Origin: an uncultured Candidatus Saccharibacteria bacterium
GTDB lineage: Bacteria; Patescibacteriota; Saccharimonadia; Saccharimonadales; Saccharimonadaceae
DNA length: 35,546 bases
Reading direction: 5' to 3'
Assembly (NCBI GenBank): GCA_964508335.1
Contig: CAZDTL010000002.1
Span: forward strand, 1 to 35,546
Under the pieces are notes generated by a model. It did no database searches and was not told the origin of the DNA. It was given only the letters and a program-made list of their open reading frames with translations. A program made the translations under genes and the position numbers. Shown here piece after piece: positions 7,784-16,830 of this stretch. Position 1 is the stretch's first letter, and each line of letters starts with the position of its first letter.

Positions 7784-8926
7784 ATGTTAGCTGATATGGG
7801 TAAAAAGTTATTGAGAATTAGCGTAGCTTTGGCTTTGGTGGGGATAGTAGTGATGGCGGGGGTGAAGGTAACACTAATGCCGGAGAGTGAGCGCGAGTTA
7901 GCAAAGGCGGAACCGAAAGGTTTGGCGCTAAAAGTGCGGAATAGATTTGCGGAGAGCGTTGACGAGACACTAGGCGGACGCGAAGCGAAGTTGGGGATGG
8001 CTTATCTTGCCGGTATGAAAGATGGCCTAGACAAAGACACTAAGGAGATGTTAAGGGCGGTAGGGCTGTCGCATTTGGTGGTGGCGAGCGGGACGCATTT
8101 GGCGATTATCGTGGAGTTTTTCAAGAAGCGGTTTGGTAAAATCTCGCGGTTTGCGGGGATGTTTTATAGTTTGGTGGCTGTGTTTTTGTTTGGCGAGTTG
8201 ATTGGGTGGACGGCGAGTATTACGCGGGCGGCGATTGTGGCGGGGCTGTCGCTAATGGGCTGGTATGCGGGGCGAAAGCTGGAGGCTTGGCAAGTGATTT
8301 TGATAGCGATGGCGATGACGCTACTGATAAATCCGCTTTATATTGTAGATTTGGGCTGGTTGCTGTCGTTTGCATCGTTTGCGGGAATTTTGATTTTGGA
8401 GCCAATTTTGGTGGAGTTTTTCTTTGGACGGGCACGAGCGGGGAGTTCGGCGGCCGAACGAAGGCGAAGGAGGCCGAGTGCGCTGGGCGAGATGATGCTG
8501 GCGAGCGTGGCGGCGATGGTGATGTGCGCGCCAATTTTAATGTTTTATTTTGGGTCGATTTCGGTAATTTCTGTGGTGGCGAATTTGTTGATTCTGCCGA
8601 CAATTCCCTTGGCGATGGGGCTGACGTGCTTGGTGGGCGGGGTTGGGTTGTTGCCGCAGTGGTTCTTATTTGATTGGTTGCGGTTTGTCGTTGTAAAAAT
8701 CACAACGTTGTTACTGGATTATCATTTGGTGGTGATGGAGTTTTTTGCCGAGCAAACTAGTTTTATTTTGCAGATGCCAAAAGATAATCCGTTGGTGTTT
8801 TTGTGGTATGTACCAGTGGTGGCAATGGTAGGGCTTTATTATATACGGCAAGGGCGTAGGCGACGGCGGGCGCAATTTATGGTGTATCGTGATTTTGAGC
8901 GACGTTTGCCGTTTACGGCGCACTAG
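7784..8926 (+). CDS. comEC: ComEC/Rec2-family competence membrane channel (core domain only)
   Basis: GLSHLVVASGTH, ASITRAAI, DLGWLLSF, SVVANLL motifs. Start may be 7784 or 7796. Confidence 0.85.
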   Translation: MLADMGKKLLRISVALALVGIVVMAGVKVTLMPESERELAKAEPKGLALKVRNRFAESVDETLGGREAKLGMAYLAGMKDGLDKDTKEMLRAVGLSHLVVASGTHLAIIVEFFKKRFGKISRFAGMFYSLVAVFLFGELIGWTASITRAAIVAGLSLMGWYAGRKLEAWQVILIAMAMTLLINPLYIVDLGWLLSFASFAGILILEPILVEFFFGRARAGSSAAERRRRRPSALGEMMLASVAAMVMCAPILMFYFGSISVISVVANLLILPTIPLAMGLTCLVGGVGLLPQWFLFDWLRFVVVKITTLLLDYHLVVMEFFAEQTSFILQMPKDNPLVFLWYVPVVAMVGLYYIRQGRRRRRAQFMVYRDFERRLPFTAH

Positions 8927-8943
8927 AGATAGCATTTGGTGGA

Positions 8944-11900
8944 TTAGAAGTTGATTTTGCGGTGAGACTTGACGCGCGAGAAGCCCCAGAAGCCGAGGGC
9001 GGCGACGCTGAGCAGGCCGATGATGACGAGGAGGCCGGTTTGCTTGGCGCCGTCTAGGAGGCGGGTGAAGAGGCCAGTGTTGGGGATGATGACTTTGACC
9101 CAGACGGTTTGGTTTTCGTCGTCGAGGTCTTTGTGTTCGGCGATTTTGGTGTTGCTGATGGTGTCTTCTTCGTCGTCATCGTTGTCATCAGTGTCGCCGG
9201 TCTCGTCGTCTTCGTCGATGAGGGCGTCGATATAGAGTTCTTCAAAGACGACGAATTCTTTACCGGCAAGCCCGGAAGTGTCGACAGTGAACTCCATGGT
9301 TTCGGTGCCGGCGTCGCGGGTGGCATCGAAAGTGATGGTGATTTCGGTAACGCCACTGGCAGTAATACGCTCGCCGGTGGTTTTACTAACGAGGTAGCCG
9401 TGGAGGGTGTAGGTAGTGCCGGCGACGAGGCCGCTATATTCGACTTTGTCGACGATGATGGCTTCGGTGTCGTTGGCGAGTTCCTTGTCGCCGTCAGACT
9501 TATCGGTGGCAGTGGTATGGATTTTGGGTGTAGCGATGGTGATTGTTTGTTTTTCGTCGTCGAGGTCTTTGTGACTGGCGACAAGTTCTTCGTCGCCTTT
9601 GTCGTCGACATGGTAAAGTTCTTCGAAAACGACGAGGTCTTGGCCGATTAGCTCGCGAGTGTCAAGCTCGAAGGTGATTTTGGCGATGCCAGTAGTTTCT
9701 TCAAATCCAGTAGTACCAACGACAAATGTGATGGTATTGACGATATCGAGAGGTTCGCCAGTGTCTTTGAGAACGAGCCAACCTTTGGCTTTGTAGGTTT
9801 CGCCGAGGGTAAGGCCTTCGTATTTGAGGTTGTCGACAATTTTGACTTGGCCGACGCCAACGGTTTGATCGCCATCGTAGTCATCGGCGGCGGTGGTGCC
9901 GACGCGCATGGCGACGCGGACGGTTTGGTCGGCATCGTTGGGGTCTTCGTGGCTGGTAACAGCAGATTCGGTGTCGGGAGTGCCGTCGGTATTAGTGGGG
10001 ACGATACCGCCAGAGTAGAGATATTCGAAAACGACGATTTCTACGCCTGGGAGACTACTGGCGTCAACTTCAAATTCCATCTCGATTTCGCCAGAGTCAC
10101 GCTTGTCGGAAGTGGTAAAGGTAGTGGTGGCTTCGATGCGATGGCCGTTGGTGTCGAGGAGAGGAGTGCCATGAGTTTTATCGTAAAGATAGCCATAGAG
10201 GGTGTATTCTTCGCCCATAAGAAGACCGTCGTAACTAACGGTGTCGACGATGTGTTGGCTAGCTTGGTGTTCGATGACGTTGTTGTCGTCGGATTTGTCT
10301 TTGGCGAGGGTTTCGATTTTGGCGGTTTTGACACCGATGGTTTGATCGCCTTCGTCGAGGGCTTCTTCGTGGACGTCGAGCAGGCGACCGTCGCCGTGTT
10401 TACTAGAGCTACGATAAAGGCGCTCGTAGACGACGAACTTGTGGCCCTGGAGCGAGACGGTGTTAAGGTTGATTTCTAGGGTGATAGTGCCTTTGCCATT
10501 GGTGTTGGCCTTGAAAGTCTTGGTGCTTTCGATGCTTTCGCCGTCGATTTCGAGCGTAGTGCCAGTAGAGGGGTCGAAGATGGTGCCAACGATAGTATAG
10601 TATTCGCCCGCGACAAGCCCTTCGTAGTCGACGTAGTCTTTGATGGTGACATCACCTACGCCCAGAAGGCGAGAGCCGTCGGTCTTATAGGTGGCGGTGG
10701 TGTGAATTTTGGGCGGGGCAAGCTGAACTTGCTGGTCGGTATCAGTTGAGTCGGCATGGGAGACGAGTTCGATATCGCCAAAGTAAAGCTGTTGATAGAC
10801 GACGTAAGTTTTTTGGTTGTTGCCGAGTGATTGGTTGAAGTCGAGCGTAGTGTCGAAGGTGCTGAAGCTATCGACGGTGACGGTTCCGGAGGAAGCGGCG
10901 GCCGGGAAGCTTTCGATGGCGGTTGCCTTGACATCGCCGGTAGCGACGTCGACCAGTTGGCCTTTGAGAATGTAGGTTTGGCCGGCGACGAGACCACTGT
11001 AAGAGACTTTGTCGATGACGGTAGTAGTGCCAATGGAGAGGGTTTTGCTGTTGTTTTGTTTGTCGGTAGCAACAGTGGAGATAGAAGGTTGCTTGATGGA
11101 AACGATTTGAGCGGAGTCGGACGGGTTTGCGTGGCTAGCGAAGGGAGAGGAATGGTTGCCGTAATAAATGTATTCGTAAACGACGAACTTGCAGGGCGTG
11201 ATGAGCTTATTGTTGGTGGTGCAAGCAGAAATGGTGTCGATGTCGAAGGTGAGGGTTTCGCTACCGGTCTGGCTAGAAGTACCGGAGGCAGTGAAGGATT
11301 TGGTGGCGGTGGAGACGATAGTGCCGCTATCAGTGCCATCGGCGTTGAGCTTGTGAACTTCGCCTTTGACAGTGTATGGGTCGCCAGGGACAAGGTCGGA
11401 GTAGGTATAGGTGACGGTATCTTGGATGGTAGTGGTGCCAATTTCCAGTTCCTTAGTGGAAGTATCGTGGCCGCTGACAGCGGAGGTGCCAATTTCTGGC
11501 CGGACGACTGTGACGGTTTCACTACCGTCGGCGGGAGGTTCATGCGTGAGGTCGTAACCGCCAGGGGCGGTGGCGGTGACGGTAATAGAAAGAGATTGGC
11601 CGACGTAAGGTGTGGAATCAAAAGTAAAATTGAGGTCAGTGGAGATGCTGGTGCCGGTGGCGGCGGTCATATTATAGCTAATGGAATCGGTGGCGACAGT
11701 AGCGCCGGAGGAGGTCTTAACGATGCCTTCGATGGTGTAAGTTTGGCCGTTGATAAAGCTGGTGGTGCTGATAGTATCTTTAATCTTGACGGTGCCGACG
11801 GCGAGGAGTTTGTTATTTGGGTGCTCGGTGGTGGCGAGGGTAGAAATCTGGAATTCTTTAACCGTTACTTGTTCGTCGGGGTCGGAAAGATTGTCGTTGT

Positions 11901-14025
11901 GGATGAGAAGTCGCACCCAATCGGGGCTGGAAGAAGTGCCGTTGTTTTTGTAAAGAGTTTGTTTGATGCCAAGAGTTTTGTTGGTGTAGTTTTGGCTGGG
12001 GAAAGTAACAAAAACCATGTCGAGATTACCACAACTGCCGTTAGCGTTTGCACTAAAGACACTGGCTCCAGTGACACTGGCACCGCTGGAAGTTAGAGCT
12101 GGAGTGTTGGCGGCGATATCCCAAAGTTCGCCTTCGAGTTTGTATTGGGCGCCATTTTGAAGACCACTGCAAGTGATGCGGTCGGTAACGCTGGCTGAGG
12201 CGGAGATTTCGAGTTCTTTGCTGGGGTTTTCGAAAGTAGAATTAGTGTTGCGGGCGATAGTGGAGATTTCTGGACTGTCGAGAAGTTCGTCTTGTTTGGT
12301 GCCGAGATTGACGGTGGTGGCGCTGGCGATGGAGGCGTCGAAGCTGATGAGGCTATAGGCGCTGTTGGCGCTACTGCGGACTTCGGTGACGGTGTAGTTG
12401 CCGTAAACCATGTCTGGGCTAGTGATAGAGCCGTCGGAGGCGGTGGGGCCGATGGTGTAAGTGATGGAGCTGTCGCTTTTGTTGGTGGCGATAAAAGAAA
12501 CACCGGCGAGGCCACGCTGAGAGATGGCGCCAGAGTCGGAGACTTCGTAGCCGGTCTTAGTGAAGCTGATTTTGCCCTTGATGAGCGTGTCGGAAAAAGG
12601 AGTGCTGGAGAGGTCGATAGTGCGGCCGTCGTCGCTGGCGGAAATGGTAGCGGACTGAGTGGCAGCGGAGAGCAGGTATCCGGATGGGGTGTCGGACTCT
12701 TGGATGGTGTAAGTGCCTTCGGAAAGAGCAGTGGAGGTACCAGTGCCGTCGGCACCGATAGTGATGGTGGTATTAGGGTTAGCACAACTGTGAGCGGAGT
12801 CGTAAACGCAATACTTGGCGCCGACAATAGTGGCGGAGCCAATGGAGAGGCGCGAAGAGTCCTCGGCATCGACTTTTTTGATTTTGATGTAGCCGGCGGC
12901 GACACGTTCGTTGTCTAGAGTGCGAATCCAGTCGCTAGAACAATCCGAGCCGACGGCGACGGCCTCGGGCGACAGGGTGCTGTCTAGCTTGTAGCCCGCA
13001 GGTGCGTCGGTTTCTTGGAATTTGATGTCGATGGTGCCGTTGTTAGCATAGCTGTTGTCGAGGGTGATGCAGGGGGTAAAGCCGTCGGAGCCGGTAGTGT
13101 AGGAGCCGACAAGACCGAGGAGAGCGCCAGTGCTGTCGGTGTAATAGACGGCGAAAGTGGCGCCGGCGAGAGGGTTATCGTTGGTATCGTATTTGCGAAG
13201 GCGAATCGAGGTGGAAACGGGGGTGGAAGCGCCTTTGTATTCGAGCCAGCCGACAGTCTGAGTTTCGGCATCAACCCAGGTGCGATAAGTTTCGTATTCG
13301 TCGGCCGGATCAGTTGAAAGGCTACCGAAGTATGAATTGATGTAGCCTTCGATAGTGCCGAGGTTAGCAATATCGGTGGCGTTGAGGGCGTAGTAATTGT
13401 CTGGAGAGTTAGGAGCGTCGTAGATGCCGCTGACTAGCATGTGGCCGATAGCGAAGATGCGGTCGGTGTCGGAGATTCCCGAATCGCCGCCGTCGTAGAC
13501 GACACCAGTATCGTTCTTGGCGAGATTACGAATACTGCGCATGGCGGCTTGCCAACCGCTGTAGGTGCCATCGCTGTAATTTTGAGCGAACCAGTTGGCA
13601 AAGTTAGTGTAATAGTCGGTAGTGCCGGCGGCAGAATAGCTGGGGACGGTAGCCAGCATGATGTATTTGATAGACGAGTCGCCGGTATAAGCGATGCCAG
13701 TGCCCCCGGGTTGATGGCGGGAAGCCTGCATGCACATAGCGTCGTGGGTTGTGTTTTGAGTGGTGTTGGTGACGGTATACCAGTTGGTGTTCCATGATTG
13801 GTTGGCGTTTTCGGGGATGACGCCGTAGTAGATGGCGTGAGAATTAGCTTTGCGGGCGATGTAAGTGACGTCGCCGGTGTTAGTGATGGCACGGACGACG
13901 GTGAAAATGCCGACGGTGAGACCAGCTAGAAGGAGCGTCAAAGTCGGAATGAAAACTTTTTTATTGTGCGGAAGGTTGGCAATAGTAGCGCGGAACCTCC
14001 CAAATTGCTTAGACCCTAAACGCAT
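8944..14025 (-). CDS. Large cell-surface adhesin: putative thioester domain, 3 SpaA/CnaB-like domains, 8 T-Q ester (VaFE) repeats, sortase-type anchor
   Basis: N-terminal signal/TM; AMCMQ and ETQTVGW; IxKxD...ExxxPxGY repeats; HxDxxDxxQ-type repeats with VVFEEL; C-terminal IPNTG + TM + basic tail. Start 14025 preferred over 14031 from -10 spacing. Confidence 0.8.
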   Translation of the reverse strand: MRLGSKQFGRFRATIANLPHNKKVFIPTLTLLLAGLTVGIFTVVRAITNTGDVTYIARKANSHAIYYGVIPENANQSWNTNWYTVTNTTQNTTHDAMCMQASRHQPGGTGIAYTGDSSIKYIMLATVPSYSAAGTTDYYTNFANWFAQNYSDGTYSGWQAAMRSIRNLAKNDTGVVYDGGDSGISDTDRIFAIGHMLVSGIYDAPNSPDNYYALNATDIANLGTIEGYINSYFGSLSTDPADEYETYRTWVDAETQTVGWLEYKGASTPVSTSIRLRKYDTNDNPLAGATFAVYYTDSTGALLGLVGSYTTGSDGFTPCITLDNSYANNGTIDIKFQETDAPAGYKLDSTLSPEAVAVGSDCSSDWIRTLDNERVAAGYIKIKKVDAEDSSRLSIGSATIVGAKYCVYDSAHSCANPNTTITIGADGTGTSTALSEGTYTIQESDTPSGYLLSAATQSATISASDDGRTIDLSSTPFSDTLIKGKISFTKTGYEVSDSGAISQRGLAGVSFIATNKSDSSITYTIGPTASDGSITSPDMVYGNYTVTEVRSSANSAYSLISFDASIASATTVNLGTKQDELLDSPEISTIARNTNSTFENPSKELEISASASVTDRITCSGLQNGAQYKLEGELWDIAANTPALTSSGASVTGASVFSANANGSCGNLDMVFVTFPSQNYTNKTLGIKQTLYKNNGTSSSPDWVRLLIHNDNLSDPDEQVTVKEFQISTLATTEHPNNKLLAVGTVKIKDTISTTSFINGQTYTIEGIVKTSSGATVATDSISYNMTAATGTSISTDLNFTFDSTPYVGQSLSITVTATAPGGYDLTHEPPADGSETVTVVRPEIGTSAVSGHDTSTKELEIGTTTIQDTVTYTYSDLVPGDPYTVKGEVHKLNADGTDSGTIVSTATKSFTASGTSSQTGSETLTFDIDTISACTTNNKLITPCKFVVYEYIYYGNHSSPFASHANPSDSAQIVSIKQPSISTVATDKQNNSKTLSIGTTTVIDKVSYSGLVAGQTYILKGQLVDVATGDVKATAIESFPAAASSGTVTVDSFSTFDTTLDFNQSLGNNQKTYVVYQQLYFGDIELVSHADSTDTDQQVQLAPPKIHTTATYKTDGSRLLGVGDVTIKDYVDYEGLVAGEYYTIVGTIFDPSTGTTLEIDGESIESTKTFKANTNGKGTITLEINLNTVSLQGHKFVVYERLYRSSSKHGDGRLLDVHEEALDEGDQTIGVKTAKIETLAKDKSDDNNVIEHQASQHIVDTVSYDGLLMGEEYTLYGYLYDKTHGTPLLDTNGHRIEATTTFTTSDKRDSGEIEMEFEVDASSLPGVEIVVFEYLYSGGIVPTNTDGTPDTESAVTSHEDPNDADQTVRVAMRVGTTAADDYDGDQTVGVGQVKIVDNLKYEGLTLGETYKAKGWLVLKDTGEPLDIVNTITFVVGTTGFEETTGIAKITFELDTRELIGQDLVVFEELYHVDDKGDEELVASHKDLDDEKQTITIATPKIHTTATDKSDGDKELANDTEAIIVDKVEYSGLVAGTTYTLHGYLVSKTTGERITASGVTEITITFDATRDAGTETMEFTVDTSGLAGKEFVVFEELYIDALIDEDDETGDTDDNDDDEEDTISNTKIAEHKDLDDENQTVWVKVIIPNTGLFTRLLDGAKQTGLLVIIGLLSVAALGFWGFSRVKSHRKINF

Positions 14026-14068
14026 ATGCATATATTATATAGCTTTTGCTTTCAAAAATCTAGGGTTT

Positions 14069-14077
14069 TGCTAAAAT
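14069..14077 (+). promoter_or_regulatory. Extended -10 (TGCTAAAAT) for the phoH-like gene
   Basis: Motif about 75 nt upstream of ATG 14153, which has an AAAGGAGG SD. Confidence 0.45.
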
Positions 14078-14152
14078 GTTTTTAAGGACCGCTGGGCGAT
14101 GTTGATTCGTCTAAGTCTAGTAAATTTCCAAGTTAGAAAAGGAGGGATTGCC

Positions 14153-15640
14153 ATGACGAGCTTAGAGCGAAGAACCTACCACGAGTTCTTGGTGCCCGGA
14201 CTTGATGCTCTCATCAGCGAGCCGAACTTGATTGAGCTGAAGCCTGAGAAAGGCGAGGAAATCGAAGCAAAGTGCGGACGGATGTTTATTCCCGAATTCT
14301 ATCTTGACCAGTTGAAACTGTTCAGCAAGGAGCAGGATTATACGGCTCGCGGTAAGAATTCAACGGCGCTCATGACCAACATCAACAGGATTCTCGTGAT
14401 GTCCTGCGAGAGCGAGAAGGGTTGTGCTACGTTCTATAATGGGATGGAAGCACAGGTAATTCCCTATCGCTATGACACAACGGATCCGCGTTTCGACCCA
14501 GAAAGCGCATCTCAGCAGACGATTCTGACGGCAAAATACCTGCTGACCAGCGAAGGCCAAAAATTGGTAAAATTACCGTTTGGGCATCAGCGCATTTCAC
14601 ATGATTCTCTGGCGGTGCTGACGGGTGATAGCTATCTGTCTGGTAAGACGGTGATGGCAAACATCGACGTCGCGTTCATCTCTAACGAGACATATACTGG
14701 GCGGAGAAAGTTGAAATTGCCGTATGAGGCATCGAGTCTTTGGTGTTCAAACCACAAAATCACGCCAGCAGAATTTGGGGATTTGTTCCCCGAAGAACCG
14801 CCGTTGAAACCACATGAATTCGTTGAGTTTGAAAGCGATTTCTATCAGATGAACGATCGATCGTTCCGCAATATCGGGCGAATGGATCCGTGCGAGAATA
14901 TGCTCGTGCCGCTCAAATATCGTGATATTCATGGTGGCGATAATCCGAAACGGATTTACCCGCGAAACGCTGGGCAGGCGATGATGGTCGAAGCTTTGAT
15001 GACTCCGTGGGACGAAGCGCCGATTGTAGTTGTGCTCGGTGCGCTTGGTACTGGCAAAACTTATCTCTCTGCCGCTTTCGCGTATTATTCTTGCTTCGTC
15101 GATAGCGACGCTCCGCAGGAACGAATCTTCGTTTGTCCGCATGATCCGGCGCTTGGTGCCGATACCGGCTACTTGCCCGGTGATGCGACGGCGAAAGCGC
15201 GAGCGAATGCGATGTCGTTTGAGGATAATATGATTGAAATCATCCAGCGACACTATGCTGATAGTAACGAGAAGCTTAGCCCGTTTGCGCGCGCGTCGAA
15301 GGATTTTGAAGACAAAATCAACAACAAATTCATTCAATACGATTCGATTGTGCGCATGGGCGGGCGAACTCTGCCGAACCGAGTTTATGTTATCGATGAA
15401 GCGCAAGACACTGAGCGATACCAAATTAAGCAGTTGGTCGGGCGGACAGGAGACTATTCCAAAGTCATTGTGGCGGGCGACCCAACGCAGGTGACGAATC
15501 GGCACCTGGCACCCAACAACAATGGACTGGTTCATGCCGCAGCGAGACTGGCAAATCATCCCAATGTGGTCGTTGTTTCCTTTACGGTCAAAGAAGTGAC
15601 TCGGTCGCTTGCGGCGCGTATTGCGGCACAATACCTGTGA
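14153..15640 (+). CDS. PhoH-family ATPase with a divergent N-terminal PIN-like region (PhoH2/YlaK-like)
   Basis: PRNAGQ, GALGTGKT, GYLPGD, IDEAQD, GDPTQ, terminal RSxAA. Start set at MTSLERR after the SD. Confidence 0.8.
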   Translation: MTSLERRTYHEFLVPGLDALISEPNLIELKPEKGEEIEAKCGRMFIPEFYLDQLKLFSKEQDYTARGKNSTALMTNINRILVMSCESEKGCATFYNGMEAQVIPYRYDTTDPRFDPESASQQTILTAKYLLTSEGQKLVKLPFGHQRISHDSLAVLTGDSYLSGKTVMANIDVAFISNETYTGRRKLKLPYEASSLWCSNHKITPAEFGDLFPEEPPLKPHEFVEFESDFYQMNDRSFRNIGRMDPCENMLVPLKYRDIHGGDNPKRIYPRNAGQAMMVEALMTPWDEAPIVVVLGALGTGKTYLSAAFAYYSCFVDSDAPQERIFVCPHDPALGADTGYLPGDATAKARANAMSFEDNMIEIIQRHYADSNEKLSPFARASKDFEDKINNKFIQYDSIVRMGGRTLPNRVYVIDEAQDTERYQIKQLVGRTGDYSKVIVAGDPTQVTNRHLAPNNNGLVHAAARLANHPNVVVVSFTVKEVTRSLAARIAAQYL

Positions 15641-15702
15641 TGCAACTTTCTTTTCTAACCAACCCTTTTTCCGAATAAGTTATTACGATACTTTTTTCGG
15701 AG

Positions 15703-15737
15703 AAAAAAGTATCCCCCTGGTTCCAGGGGGATTTTTT
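15703..15737. terminator. Intrinsic terminator between convergent phoH-like and rnhB genes
   Basis: ATCCCCCTGG-tt-CCAGGGGGAT inverted repeat flanked by A and T runs; a second hairpin lies at about 15666-15706. Confidence 0.8.
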
Positions 15738-15750
15738 CTGCGTCTTTTGG

Positions 15751-16806
15751 TTAGTTGAGTGTGAACCAATCGTCGAAGTGGAAGTTTGAGCCAGAGACGA
15801 GACCAGCGGCGAGGAGCGGGGAGTAGTTTGAGGCTAAGTCTTGGTGGTATTTGAGGAAGGCTCTAGCGGCGAAGGTCATTTGTTGAAGTTTTTTCTTGGT
15901 GATGATGTCGAGCGGGGTGCCACGGTAGGAGTTTTTGCGGTATTTGACTTCTGTGAAGTAGATTTTGTCGCCTTTGGTCGAGACGATGTCGATTTCGTAG
16001 AACTTGGTTTTGTGGTTACGAGCGACGATGCGGTGGCCGTGGGCTTTTAGGTAATCGGCGACGAGGTTTTCGGCGCGGTCGCCGAGCTGCTTTGTAGTAG
16101 GACAAGAACAGTTAATAGATTCTTCGTCGACACGGGTCGAGCCAGCCCGCCGTTGCGGGTGTCTCGCCCTATCGCTCGCTCGTAAGCTGCGCAATGTCTC
16201 CGAAGAACTATTAAACTGTTCTTTAACCGGACCAAAACTAAGCCTATGCTCGGGGCAGGGGCCGTATTTTTCTAGAGCCGATTTGTGCGTGGCGGTGCCA
16301 TAGCCGACGTGTTTATCAAAGTCGTATTCGGGGTATTTTTGGGCGAGTTCGGTCATGTAGCGGTCGCGGGCGACCTTGGCGATGATGGAGGCGGCGGAGA
16401 TTTCTTTGATGAGGAGGTCACCTTTTTTGAGAGTGGTGACGTAGTTTTCTAAGCTGGTGCCTCTGAGGAAGTTTTGAGTGCCGTCGATGATGATTTCGGT
16501 GAAGGGGGCTTTTTGTTGTTTGATTATCTCGACGGCGCGGCGAGTGGCGAGGCGCAAACTTTCGGCGAGGCCGAACTGGTCGATTTCTTGACTAGAGACC
16601 CAGCCAAGGCCGGTGGCGGAGGCATTTTCTAAAATGGTGTTTGCGTAAGCTTCGCGTTTTTTAGCGGAGAGTTTTTTGGAGTCGATGAGGGGTTCGACCC
16701 AGGCAGGGTAGTTCCCTGCCGTGTCTTTTGGTAAAATGACCGCGCCGATAATGAGCGGTCCAGCCCAAGGCCCGCGGCCAACTTCGTCAATTCCCAAAAT
16801 CGCCAT
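15751..16806 (-). CDS. rnhB: Ribonuclease HII fused to a YraN-family nuclease domain; the linker carries an in-frame repeat element
   Basis: GIDEVGRGPWAGP, DSKKLS, IIIDG, ISAASIIAKVARD, GYGT, HRLSF; then GDRAENLVADYL, EIDIV, FTEVKYR (YraN). Confidence 0.92.
   Translation of the reverse strand: MAILGIDEVGRGPWAGPLIIGAVILPKDTAGNYPAWVEPLIDSKKLSAKKREAYANTILENASATGLGWVSSQEIDQFGLAESLRLATRRAVEIIKQQKAPFTEIIIDGTQNFLRGTSLENYVTTLKKGDLLIKEISAASIIAKVARDRYMTELAQKYPEYDFDKHVGYGTATHKSALEKYGPCPEHRLSFGPVKEQFNSSSETLRSLRASDRARHPQRRAGSTRVDEESINCSCPTTKQLGDRAENLVADYLKAHGHRIVARNHKTKFYEIDIVSTKGDKIYFTEVKYRKNSYRGTPLDIITKKKLQQMTFAARAFLKYHQDLASNYSPLLAAGLVSGSNFHFDDWFTLN
16104..16223. repeat. Structured palindromic repeat element, copy 2 (70-nt core 16129-16198), in frame inside rnhB-yraN
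   Basis: 62/70 identical to the copy 1 core, and all 8 differences form 4 compensatory pairs. Outer stem AAGAACAGTTAATAG/CTATTAAACTGTTCTT. Confidence 0.9.
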
Positions 16807-16830
16807 ATATATTATATATATTACTACAAA

